A stretch of DNA of 64,000 bases from an uncultured Planctomycetia bacterium (GCA_964421015.1 CAYQUS010000001.1:364726-428725), one strand, 5' to 3'; shown: positions 54,057 through 62,463, counted from the first letter of the stretch. Notes: generated by a model not told the origin, from the letters alone. Translations and numbers: made by a program.

Positions 54057-54541
54057 TTAATACGAATCTCTTTAAGCTCCTTCAGCACTGCCGCCAAATC
54101 AAACGATTCACCGCGAAACGTCAAAGCCTGCGCTAAAGGATCATACGCCCTATGATGATTGGTAGGGACGTTTCCAAAGATTGACTTAAATGGATCCACT
54201 GCCAAATCGCTGTAAACCGCTGAAGATTGCTTTTTGAACCAATCTTCTATTCGCTCGTCATAGTGCTCGAAATGATTGCGGAATTTGCGATCAGAAAGAA
54301 TGTTTCTCTCTGAAATTTTAAGTAACTCCCGCAATTTTTCGCCGCGTTCTTCATATCCCTTAGATGGCCATAAAATCTTCGATACGTTTCCAGCGGCCAC
54401 GAGAATCGATTGAATTGAACTCCAAACTTCAATCTGATCGAAATTGTCCTTGATCGCCGATAAACGTTTAGAAGCCAATTCTGCAATCTTTGATTGCGTT
54501 ACAATCTCACCTATAAAAACCGTTTCAGCAAGGGCCTGCAT
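54032..54541 (-). CDS. Hypothetical 169-aa protein, possible HEPN-like (weak)
   Basis: 'RKFRNHFEHYDE' contains Rx4H patterns; overlaps radC by 25 nt. Confidence 0.35.
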   Translation of the reverse strand: MQALAETVFIGEIVTQSKIAELASKRLSAIKDNFDQIEVWSSIQSILVAAGNVSKILWPSKGYEERGEKLRELLKISERNILSDRKFRNHFEHYDERIEDWFKKQSSAVYSDLAVDPFKSIFGNVPTNHHRAYDPLAQALTFRGESFDLAAVLKELKEIRIKCRHFVLP

Positions 54542-55079
54542 CTTTATTCCCCCCGCACTTCTTCTCTTCCTTCAAGAATGTTGCAATTACGGAACTGATC
54601 TGTTTAAACGCAACCGGATAATAGTCCCAGACCTCGACACAAAGATTCACGATTATTGAATTCTCGTTCAATCGTTTGATCTTATATTTTTCATGAACGT
54701 GGCCGCAGAAATTCCACGGCACGTTTGGGTCCGCATCCTCGGCCCGGTGCGTCATGCAGATATCCTTTGAGCCGTAGTGAATATAGACCTTCGAAATGAT
54801 CGTGTTGAGGCTGTTGTGCCGGTCATGATTGCCCTTGATGAAAATGAATTTACCGTTCAGCCTCTTTTCGAAATGCCTGTATTTCTCCTCGCCGCCTTCT
54901 TTGCCGCCCTTGAATATAAAGTCTCCGAGGAAAAAGACAGTATCTTCCGGCTTCACCCGCTCATTATGCTTGCGGATGATCGTCTCGTTCATTTCCTCGA
55001 CCGTCTCAAACGGCCGGTTGCAATACCGAATGATATTGGCATGCGAAAAGTGATAATCTGATGTCCACCAGTAGTTCAT
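54525..55079 (-). CDS. Calcineurin-like metallophosphoesterase
   Basis: 'TSDYHFSH', 'LGDFIF', 'GNHDRHN', 'GHVHE' motifs. Confidence 0.75.
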   Translation of the reverse strand: MNYWWTSDYHFSHANIIRYCNRPFETVEEMNETIIRKHNERVKPEDTVFFLGDFIFKGGKEGGEEKYRHFEKRLNGKFIFIKGNHDRHNSLNTIISKVYIHYGSKDICMTHRAEDADPNVPWNFCGHVHEKYKIKRLNENSIIVNLCVEVWDYYPVAFKQISSVIATFLKEEKKCGGNKDAGPC

Positions 55080-55100
55080 AATGCCCTGTATTTGCGAGTC

Positions 55101-56105
55101 TTAGCCCGACTCATTTTTCTTCTTCCCCTCAAGACGTTTTATCTCACGGTCAAAATCAGAAATGTAATCCTTATCTTGTTTCAATCGATAGACGCCATAT
55201 TCAGCTTCGGCTTTAAGCCTTGCTTCCAGCATACTTACTTTACCCTTATCCTTTAAGATCGGATAATCCGATAATTTTAAAAAACGGTCTAGAAATTCTT
55301 TCCAATCAGACATCATAGTCAATTGCTGTCTTTTTGCTCGAGTTTCGGCTAAATCCAAATACGCTGATATGATCCTATTCAACTCTTCTATATGCGCTTT
55401 GTTTAAATAGTTTTTAGCCACTGTCACATCGGACTTTAGTATCTTTCCATCCGGGGCATTCTTCCAAGTTGTAAGCCCCATGTATATTTTTTTCGCATCT
55501 GCGGTTGAATAAATAATCTCTGCCGCAGTCTTACCTGTAATCGCCCAATGGAGCTTGTTTTGTGTTTCAGCATAAAAATCCTTAGTCAACAACGCATTTT
55601 TATCGTAATCCGCTGAAAGAGCATAGATATCAGTAATTTTCTGATAAAATCTGCGTTCACTGGCGCGAATCTCCCTAATACGTTCGAGCAACTCATCAAA
55701 ATAGTCTTTACCGAACCTCTTACCTTGTTTGAGCCGCTGGTCATCCAACACAAAGCCCTTGATCATAAATTCTTTGAGTGTTTTTGTAGCCCATATTCTA
55801 AACTGTGTTGCTCTAACGCTATTGACCCGATACCCAACTGCAATGACAGCGTCAAGATTATAAAATGTTGTCTGATACTTCTTGCCATCTGCGGCAGTTA
55901 TTTCCATTTTGGAAACAACTGAAGACTCTTGTAATTCACCGCTATCAAAAATATTCTTTAGATGTTTACTAACAGCTGGTACGGCCACACCAAAAAGCTC
56001 AGCCATTTTCTTCTGAGTAAGCCAAAAAGTTTCGGCATTGTACACCACCTCAATCTGAACATTACCCTGGGGAGAGTTATAAAAAATAATATTGGATTCG
56101 CGCAT
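55101..56105 (-). CDS. rhuM: RhuM-family virulence protein
   Basis: 'IIFYNSPQGNVQIEVVYNAETFWLTQKKMAELFGV...NIFDSGEL...FYNLDAVIAVGYRVNS' closely matches the RhuM family N-terminus. Confidence 0.8.
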   Translation of the reverse strand: MRESNIIFYNSPQGNVQIEVVYNAETFWLTQKKMAELFGVAVPAVSKHLKNIFDSGELQESSVVSKMEITAADGKKYQTTFYNLDAVIAVGYRVNSVRATQFRIWATKTLKEFMIKGFVLDDQRLKQGKRFGKDYFDELLERIREIRASERRFYQKITDIYALSADYDKNALLTKDFYAETQNKLHWAITGKTAAEIIYSTADAKKIYMGLTTWKNAPDGKILKSDVTVAKNYLNKAHIEELNRIISAYLDLAETRAKRQQLTMMSDWKEFLDRFLKLSDYPILKDKGKVSMLEARLKAEAEYGVYRLKQDKDYISDFDREIKRLEGKKKNESG

Positions 56106-56112
56106 ACGTCTC

Positions 56113-56724
56113 CTATCTAATATCCTTTTGCTCTAACTTCTTTATTGTTTTCTCCATCCACGCCGGGGCATAACGAAGATCGCTCATCAGCTGTTTTTTA
56201 TCCTCGACCGATAATCTTCTTTTAAGTTTATTAATAATCTTGTCGTCGATGTTCTCCTGCTTTATATAACGCAAGGCTTGAATAACCAAGCCGCTCACGC
56301 GACCGGCAGTCGCCATATTCTTTGGCGATGTCTTCTTAAACATAATATGCCAGTTACCAACTTGAACCACCCGGGTAGAGCCATCTGTTAATAAAGCAAT
56401 CTTTGCCGGTACTTGGTCGGATAAGCCCAGCAAGTTGGCCGCGTATGCTCCGGAAGGTTGAATCTTAAGATTATCTTTTTCAGCAAGCGCGGCGGTAAGA
56501 CGCTCAACGCTTGGCGGCATCTCTCCAAAATCCGGATGCTTTCGTGGATAATCATAAAGCCCGCGCGCTAATCGGCGAATCTCACCAGATCGAACTAACC
56601 GGCTCAACGCCTGATCTACAGCGGCCCGATTGCCAAGATCAAGAAAATGACTAGGAGCAAACACCCAGCCTTTTTTCTTGCCGATAATCCGACGAAAAAT
56701 CTTGCTCTCAATAGATTCAGTCAT
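56113..56724 (-). CDS. AbiEi/DUF6088-family antitoxin-like wHTH regulator (no cognate AbiEii nucleotidyltransferase seen)
   Basis: 'SIESKIFRRI...GWVFAPSHFLDLGNRAAVDQALSRLVRSGEIRRLARGLYDYP' typical AbiEi N-terminal domain. Confidence 0.7.
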   Translation of the reverse strand: MTESIESKIFRRIIGKKKGWVFAPSHFLDLGNRAAVDQALSRLVRSGEIRRLARGLYDYPRKHPDFGEMPPSVERLTAALAEKDNLKIQPSGAYAANLLGLSDQVPAKIALLTDGSTRVVQVGNWHIMFKKTSPKNMATAGRVSGLVIQALRYIKQENIDDKIINKLKRRLSVEDKKQLMSDLRYAPAWMEKTIKKLEQKDIR

Positions 56725-56739
56725 ATTTAACTCTTTTTG

Positions 56740-56771
56740 ATGTCAGAAATAATATATCGCACTTCTGACAT
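56740..56771. promoter_or_regulatory. Inverted repeat operator upstream of the AbiEi-like gene
   Basis: ATGTCAGAA-N14-TTCTGACAT (perfect 9-bp arms), 16 nt upstream of the start codon. Confidence 0.55.
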
Positions 56772-57043
56772 AAAGTAAAGCTATTTCTACGCTCCACGGG
56801 CATAATTAACCCCGAAATGTCCACCGGCCGGGAATGTCCACTATTTACGAGATATTTCGATTTAATGGACATTTGCATGTCCATCCATGTCCATCAAAAC
56901 GCCCTTTTTGGGCCCTCCCGAACACCCGCAGGATACCCCTAAAATCGCCTGTTTTCCGACGCTGGACGCTTATTTTAGCCGGTTTGACCACTTATGCCCA
57001 AACCCCAAAAGTGATGGACATGGACATCAATTTGTCTGACCGC

Positions 57044-57106
57044 TATCACTGGCTCCCCGCGCCTCGCCCGACCCTCACCCAAGCCCCATTCCAAGGACCC
57101 TGAACC
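57044..57106. repeat. Direct repeat B (partner of 37764-37828)
   Basis: See repeat A; embedded in a GACAT/ATGTCC-rich non-coding border region. Confidence 0.7.
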
Positions 57107-57249
57107 GCTTCCAAGCATAAAAAATCCCCATGGCCACGCCTCTCCAGCTCTACCACAGGGACTTGAGTTGCTGATCGATGTTGATCCTTACAACGCCCCG
57201 ACAACCGCCGCCGCCAAGCTTGCCATCGCATTACTATAAATCTGCCACC

Positions 57250-57285
57250 GGCCAGCCGAAAGTCTTTATAAAGACTTTCGGCTGG
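57250..57285. repeat. 36-bp perfect palindrome GCCAGCCGAAAGTCTTTATAAAGACTTTCGGCTGGC
   Basis: Seen directly; about 75 bp 3' of the SET gene. Bidirectional terminator or recombination site. Confidence 0.7.
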
Positions 57286-57357
57286 CACATCGTTTCTTTC
57301 GTACACTCCGTATCCGACACTACTTCTGAATCCCGTCGTTCTAAGCCCGAAGCAAAC

Positions 57358-57933
57358 TTATCTTCCATATTCCACACCTCTTTTTTTCTCAAGTTGCAGC
57401 GGCAAGAATATCGATTTTCTCGCCAGGGCCTCTTTGAGCGGCTGCTCGACTTTATTTACAAGTTTTAGCGCGGCACTCACCTTTTCATCCCAGAACCTCT
57501 GGAGTTCTTTTGGAACAGGATGCTTGAAATCAACCACCTTGCAGCAATTACTCTCACCGCAGAAACACGGCATTTTTACATCATCATAAAAATCCCTGTA
57601 GTCGTAAGTAGCCTCTTCACCCTTCTTTATGTCTCTTACCACGATATCAAACCCGTATTCGGCCCCCAGGATGTTAGCGTTACACGAATGGTTAAGATAT
57701 CTCGTCTCGTCGCAAGGCAAAACAAATGTTCCGTCCTTTTTGCGGTAAGCGTAATCCAAAAGCGCCATTTTTTCTTTATCCGACATCCTGTAATACCCTA
57801 GCTCTTCCGCGGACCGCGTCCGGCATTTATCACACTCAAAACAGACTATTGTTCCTTTGGGTACGACCTCTTTCGCGAAAAGCCCCTTACCTTTATTCTT
57901 GGTTTCTTTGACCTCAAATAATCTCGCTATCAT
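57358..57933 (-). CDS. SET-domain protein (lysine methyltransferase fold)
   Basis: 'RYLNHSCNANI' and 'EEATYDY' SET motifs plus a Cys-rich post-SET region. Confidence 0.75.
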   Translation of the reverse strand: MIARLFEVKETKNKGKGLFAKEVVPKGTIVCFECDKCRTRSAEELGYYRMSDKEKMALLDYAYRKKDGTFVLPCDETRYLNHSCNANILGAEYGFDIVVRDIKKGEEATYDYRDFYDDVKMPCFCGESNCCKVVDFKHPVPKELQRFWDEKVSAALKLVNKVEQPLKEALARKSIFLPLQLEKKRGVEYGR

Positions 57934-58211
57934 CCGGTCCCCCCATTTTCATTTACCAGCTCTTCTTTCTGTTTTCGGGTAAGTTTTTTGATCCTTTTCT
58001 CTTCCAGGAACGCCTTCTTGAAATACTTGTACTCCCTGTGCCACACGAGTTTAACGGGACGCCTGTCTCTTGTATACTTGGCCCCCTTGCCGTCGTTATG
58101 GACTTTAATACGCTTCTCGAGATCCGGGGTATACCCCGTGTAATAGGTCTTATCCGCACATTCGACAATGTACGTGAAAAACCTGCCTGTTCGCTTTATC
58201 CTGCCCGTCAT
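57930..58211 (-). CDS. GIY-YIG nuclease superfamily small protein
   Basis: 'FFTYIVECADKTYYTGYTPDLEKRIKVHNDGKGAKYTRDRRPVKLV'. Start trimmed to M13 of the track ORF. Confidence 0.7.
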   Translation of the reverse strand: MTGRIKRTGRFFTYIVECADKTYYTGYTPDLEKRIKVHNDGKGAKYTRDRRPVKLVWHREYKYFKKAFLEEKRIKKLTRKQKEELVNENGGTG

Positions 58212-58312
58212 GGGACGTATCTTAACATGAAAGCTATCTTGTAACAACCGCCGCGGGGCAAACTCTAACCCGCCTTGACGAAATATTCATAGGATAGGCA
58301 GGAGATCTCAAC

Positions 58313-59104
58313 CTATAAAAGCTTTTTGGATCTAAAAACTTCCCTGACTATCTCTTTCGCCGTAATACCGTAAGGTTCTTCACCGCCGGTAATATTACAA
58401 GCAAAAACATATGTCGTATCGCCATGCTCGAGAAAACCTACGAACCAGCCCAGGTTCCATTCACCGTCCGGCCCCATACCGGATCCTGTCTTACCGTAAA
58501 GCGTGCCTTTATCGGTCTTCTCTACCAGCATGATATCACGCAGAATAGCGATATTCTTTCCGGAGAACGGAAGTTTGCCGTCCAAGAGCCTGTTCAAAAG
58601 AGCTACTTGCTCATACGCGGTGATCTTTATGGAAGTTGAATCCTGACGCGGAAGCCAAAAAATATCGACCCCTGCCGAAATATCCCTTGAACCATACCCG
58701 ATCCTTTCAATATACTCCATCATCCTTTCTTCGCCTATCTCCCGCGCCAGGGCCTGGTACGCAGGCACGGCCGACACCCGAAACGCCTCGCGCAGCGTTA
58801 GGTCCCGATTCCAACCCTCTATATCGCGCTTCACCCCATCCCATTTATACCAAGGCTTATCGGCTCCGTTTATAAGCCCGAGTTCAAGACCGATAAGGGT
58901 GTTGTAAATTTTGAATGTAGAGCATGGGGCAAGCTGCCGGGAGCTAAGCACCGGATCGATATCGGCCGTATCCCCCGACATCCGGTCATGTATAACTAAA
59001 GCCGCTTCATATCCGTTCAAAAGGGATCTATCTATCTGCTGAGAGAACGAAACCGGACTTATTAAAAAAATGAAAAGAAATGGTGTTATCTTGCCTATTT
59101 TCAT
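58313..59104 (-). CDS. Class D (OXA-like) beta-lactamase family protein / penicillin-binding transpeptidase-fold sensor domain, secreted
   Basis: Signal peptide; motifs S-T-F-K ('CSTFKI'), S-x-V ('SAVP'), K-T-G ('KTGSG') and W-x-x-G ('WFVG'). Confidence 0.6.
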   Translation of the reverse strand: MKIGKITPFLFIFLISPVSFSQQIDRSLLNGYEAALVIHDRMSGDTADIDPVLSSRQLAPCSTFKIYNTLIGLELGLINGADKPWYKWDGVKRDIEGWNRDLTLREAFRVSAVPAYQALAREIGEERMMEYIERIGYGSRDISAGVDIFWLPRQDSTSIKITAYEQVALLNRLLDGKLPFSGKNIAILRDIMLVEKTDKGTLYGKTGSGMGPDGEWNLGWFVGFLEHGDTTYVFACNITGGEEPYGITAKEIVREVFRSKKLL

Positions 59105-59874
59105 TTCTCCGCCACTACAAGCATCTCGAAGTCTTCCGTGGTCAGCTTGTCGTTCCTCGAAAAGGCCCCGAGCTTGGCGCCGAAAATGTCTATTTTCTTA
59201 AATCCCAGGGTTTTTAAAAGCCATGAGATCTCGCTTGGCACATAGTATCGCTCGTTACAGGCCAATTCCTTTTTAGTTCCCGCGTCGTCCTCGAACACGA
59301 CGGTGTTATGGTCCCGGAACGTCATAAGGTCAAAAGAACAATTCTTGCACGCCGAATTGCCTTCCTTGGCCGCGGACTCATAAAATTCCTTAACGGAATG
59401 AAAAAGCGGAAATAACCCGTTCAATGTCGTAAAGATGAACTTGCCTTTATCTTTTAAGGCTTTCGCGGCGTTCTTTAATATTTCAAAATTCATCTCATCT
59501 GTTTCCATTAAAGAAAACCCGCCCTCACAAAGCATGATAGCGAGGTCGAATTCACATCGGAAAGGAAGACTGCGGGCGTCCTGTACCTGAAAATCCACGG
59601 TAAGACCGTTTTCGAGAGCCTTTTCCCTCGCTCTTTTGATCTGGCTGGCGGAAAGATCGACACCGGTAACGCTATACCCTCTTCGCGACAGTTCTATGGC
59701 ATGACGCCCTGTGCCGCATCCTATATCGATGATCTTTGTAGGGCCACAGCACACTGTGCCCCTACGTATCTCATCTTCTATAAAATCGCACTCGCCCAGG
59801 GTTCCATGGACAAAACACTCATTGTCGTATTTACGGGCGTAATTCTCAAAAAGTTCCTCATACCATTGCTTCAT
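59101..59874 (-). CDS. Class I SAM-dependent methyltransferase
   Basis: 'IIDIGCGTGRHAIELSRRGYSVTGVDLS' motif I. Confidence 0.8.
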   Translation of the reverse strand: MKQWYEELFENYARKYDNECFVHGTLGECDFIEDEIRRGTVCCGPTKIIDIGCGTGRHAIELSRRGYSVTGVDLSASQIKRAREKALENGLTVDFQVQDARSLPFRCEFDLAIMLCEGGFSLMETDEMNFEILKNAAKALKDKGKFIFTTLNGLFPLFHSVKEFYESAAKEGNSACKNCSFDLMTFRDHNTVVFEDDAGTKKELACNERYYVPSEISWLLKTLGFKKIDIFGAKLGAFSRNDKLTTEDFEMLVVAEK

Positions 59875-59892
59875 ATAAAGATCGCCTTTCCC

Positions 59893-60657
59893 TCACCGTC
59901 CTTTTTCAGGGACAACGCGCCGGGTGTAAGATGCCGCGGCAAGATCGTATACCTCGAATTCCGCCGGAGAATCGGTGAACCTCACGTAACGTTCGACGTC
60001 ATAGGAAAGATTATTTTCGAACTTTTCAGACCAGACTTTCTCACCGGAAGGATCGAGAAGCACAAACTCCATATCATACGACTTATCCCCACGGGTAGCC
60101 GCAAGGACATATCTGCCGTCAGGAGAAAGCGTTATCGCCACCATATCGGGTAAACCCGCGGAGCGGTACCAGACCTCATCCCCGGTAGAAGCATCGAACA
60201 GCGTCACAGTCGCGCTTTCGGAGCCGTTACCGCCCACGGCGAAATATTTGCCGTCGGCAGATACGCTTGTAGCCCTGACCCATCTCAAGGTTTCCTGGCT
60301 CATTGAAGTGCCCCTGAAAAGAACTTTCCTCGCGAATTCCCCTTTCCCGTCAAAGATCACCACCCCGCTCGAAGCCCCCTCGTCTCTCCAGCCCCAAAGT
60401 GTCAGTATTATGGTCTCGCCGTTATCCGAAACAACAACGGGTCCCGGTTCTTCGGTAAGAGGTTTCGACCATACTTCGATCCCGTCCTCTTTAAGGCTCC
60501 ATGAAGGGAACCCTTCTCCGTACTTTATGGATACCTCGTATCGTCCGTTCTCCGAAGTGTATGTATCTACTGACCCCGGTTCGACGGGCATCATTTCCGC
60601 CGAGAGCCCCGCCGAAAAAAGGCACAGAATGATCGCCAAACATGTAAAAACCTTCAT
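59893..60657 (-). CDS. Secreted hypothetical protein (possible beta-propeller)
   Basis: Signal peptide 'MKVFTCLAIILCLFSAGLSA'; no recognisable catalytic motifs. Confidence 0.4.
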   Translation of the reverse strand: MKVFTCLAIILCLFSAGLSAEMMPVEPGSVDTYTSENGRYEVSIKYGEGFPSWSLKEDGIEVWSKPLTEEPGPVVVSDNGETIILTLWGWRDEGASSGVVIFDGKGEFARKVLFRGTSMSQETLRWVRATSVSADGKYFAVGGNGSESATVTLFDASTGDEVWYRSAGLPDMVAITLSPDGRYVLAATRGDKSYDMEFVLLDPSGEKVWSEKFENNLSYDVERYVRFTDSPAEFEVYDLAAASYTRRVVPEKGR

Positions 60658-60703
60658 AGAACCTTCCTTTTTTGATCCTAAAAGATAAATTATCCGGAAG
60701 TTA

Positions 60704-60931
60704 TTATTCTGTATCTACCGGAACGGCTTCGGGCTCTGGAATAGAAACTTCGACATCGGTGAAATCTATATCCATCCCGGACCTTCTGCCGTCACTGCCG
60801 TCAAAAGACACCCCTGTATTCTCCATATCCTGAAGCTGGTCCATCGCCTCGCCCGCCATGAGCTGAGAAGCCGATAAGAGAACAAGGCATAACATAGTAA
60901 TAACGCTTGCCACCGTAAATTTTTTCATCAC
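60704..60931 (-). CDS. Small secreted acidic protein
   Basis: ORF with a signal peptide. Confidence 0.3.
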   Translation of the reverse strand: MMKKFTVASVITMLCLVLLSASQLMAGEAMDQLQDMENTGVSFDGSDGRRSGMDIDFTDVEVSIPEPEAVPVDTE

Positions 60932-60943
60932 ATTCTCCTTTTT

Positions 60944-61564
60944 TTATCGTATCATTCTGAAAGAATCCGCTATTTTCTGGAATACCGAAAGGAACTCTTC
61001 ATACACGCTCTCAGGCGCGGAATACTCCAGAACAAAAAAGCCTTCGCCGTCGGCAGCGGGAATTACGTATATCTTTTCTTTTATCAGGACCTTGGTATCG
61101 TCCTTCGAGTTAGGAAAAAGGAACCGACTCCTTTCCCTTTCAAACACGATAGCCCTTGCGCCGCCGAGATTTGTTTCTTCGGGCACCGCCATAACTTCAC
61201 CCAGGATATCAACGGTGTTACGGCTCACAAAATCCTCATGACCGTCGAAATCACCGTTACCCGGCCCGAAAAAAGAAAGGTATATAAGCACGGGGGCATT
61301 ATCTGTCCTGGGGCCCGAAAGCTCCATCATGTATGTCATATCGTCGCCGTAATAGGGATCGTTATCTTCCCTCTGCCAATCTCCCGGGATAAAACACGTA
61401 AAATACCCTCCTTCTATGCCGAGTTTTTCGGTTTCCGGGGCCGCCTCCCCTACATCGGAGACAGTTTCGTCTCCAAAGACCATAGAAGCGGTCTGCCAGG
61501 CCATAAGCGATAAAAAAAGAAAAACACGCGCGTAAACCTTCATTACATGGTCTTTTACCATCTC
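60944..61564 (-). CDS. Secreted hypothetical protein
   Basis: Start trimmed to ATG 61564 (MVKDHVMKVY) with a GGAGG SD; the longer track ORF overlaps the upstream gene. Confidence 0.4.
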   Translation of the reverse strand, partial: EMVKDHVMKVYARVFLFLSLMAWQTASMVFGDETVSDVGEAAPETEKLGIEGGYFTCFIPGDWQREDNDPYYGDDMTYMMELSGPRTDNAPVLIYLSFFGPGNGDFDGHEDFVSRNTVDILGEVMAVPEETNLGGARAIVFERERSRFLFPNSKDDTKVLIKEKIYVIPAADGEGFFVLEYSAPESVYEEFLSVFQKIADSFRMIR

Positions 61565-61580
61565 ACTCCCTCCAAAAAAA

Positions 61581-62054
61581 TTATTTTTCGATCTTGCCGG
61601 AACCGCCGCACGCCGGGCACGGGAACTTCCAGTTCTTTCCGCAGGCGCCGTTACACATCGAGCATGTTTCCTGGCCCGAAGAACCGCATCTCCCGCATGA
61701 CACATTTCCCATTCCGTCGCAGTTATTGCAGGTTTCCTCGACCTTGCCGCTACCTCCGCACATCCCGCACCTTTCCTCTCCTATCTGTCCGGAACCCCCG
61801 CAATCAGGACATGGGACGTTAACACTTCCGCTCCCCATGCATATACCGCAACGTTCGGTGCCGGTGCCGTTACACCTCATGCATGATACATTCCCGGAAC
61901 CGCCGCACTTCACGCAATCTCTCCATTCTTCGATACTGCCGGTACCGGAACAATCGTCGCAAGTCACGGTTTCAGCGGCCGAATAGCCGGCAAATGAGTA
62001 ACAGGCAAACAAAAAAAACGCCGCGATAACGGTAAGCGCCTTTAACTTCAACAT
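61581..62054 (-). CDS. Secreted Cys-rich protein built from about 11 DnaJ-type CxxCxGxG zinc-finger repeats
   Basis: Signal peptide followed by 'CDDCSGTGS..CVKCGGSGN..CMRCNGTGT..CGICMGSGS..CPDCGGSGQ..CGMCGGSGK..CNNCDGMGN..CGRCGSSGQ..CSMCNGACG..CPACGGSGK'. Confidence 0.5.
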   Translation of the reverse strand: MLKLKALTVIAAFFLFACYSFAGYSAAETVTCDDCSGTGSIEEWRDCVKCGGSGNVSCMRCNGTGTERCGICMGSGSVNVPCPDCGGSGQIGEERCGMCGGSGKVEETCNNCDGMGNVSCGRCGSSGQETCSMCNGACGKNWKFPCPACGGSGKIEK

Positions 62055-62116
62055 ATTTCCTCCTTTTCAATTAACCTTGACTGTCCGGTAGAGTTACCGG
62101 GCATATACCTTAAAAA

Positions 62117-62392
62117 CTACTTTTTTACCTGTGTTTCTCCGTCATCTTTTATTTCCGCCACCTCTAAATTGCCTTTCTTCATGAGCCGCATGGCTTTAAA
62201 CCCGAGATATATCATGGCAAGACACCCCACGGTCCATATGAGAGAGAACACCGCGACAAAAGGCCTCGCCTCTCCCTCCGCCGCCATTAGGAACAATATC
62301 CCGAGCGGTAGAAAAAGAATACCCAGAATGGTCTGGGCTTTCACCGCAAGAGCCGCCTCCCCGGGAAGGTTTAAATAAATTTTTTTAGACAT
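62117..62392 (-). CDS. Small two-TM membrane protein
   Basis: ORF with hydrophobic segments. Confidence 0.35.
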   Translation of the reverse strand: MSKKIYLNLPGEAALAVKAQTILGILFLPLGILFLMAAEGEARPFVAVFSLIWTVGCLAMIYLGFKAMRLMKKGNLEVAEIKDDGETQVKK

Positions 62393-62463
62393 CTTTTCTC
62401 CTCCGCATTTTAAAGCGCATTATACACTCATCTGTCGCTGATATAAATATGTATCGATCCCCG

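Larger units (their letters stand above)
35422..57360. mobile_element. Integrated mobile element / defence island (about 22 kb) with serine recombinase, Xis-like HTH, PrimPol-P4 primase, iteron origin, type I R-M, NACHT/rSAM module, RhuM and AbiEi
   Basis: Gene content; the recombinase at one edge abuts and overlaps miaB; repeat-rich non-coding borders lie at 37550-37970 and 56725-57357. Exact att ends were not determined. Confidence 0.6.

Noticed and set aside
56113-56724. Calling the AbiEi-like gene plus RhuM a complete AbiE toxin-antitoxin pair
   Set aside because: RhuM is not an AbiEii/GNAT-like nucleotidyltransferase. The antitoxin is reported as orphan and the pairing is left as a hypothesis only.
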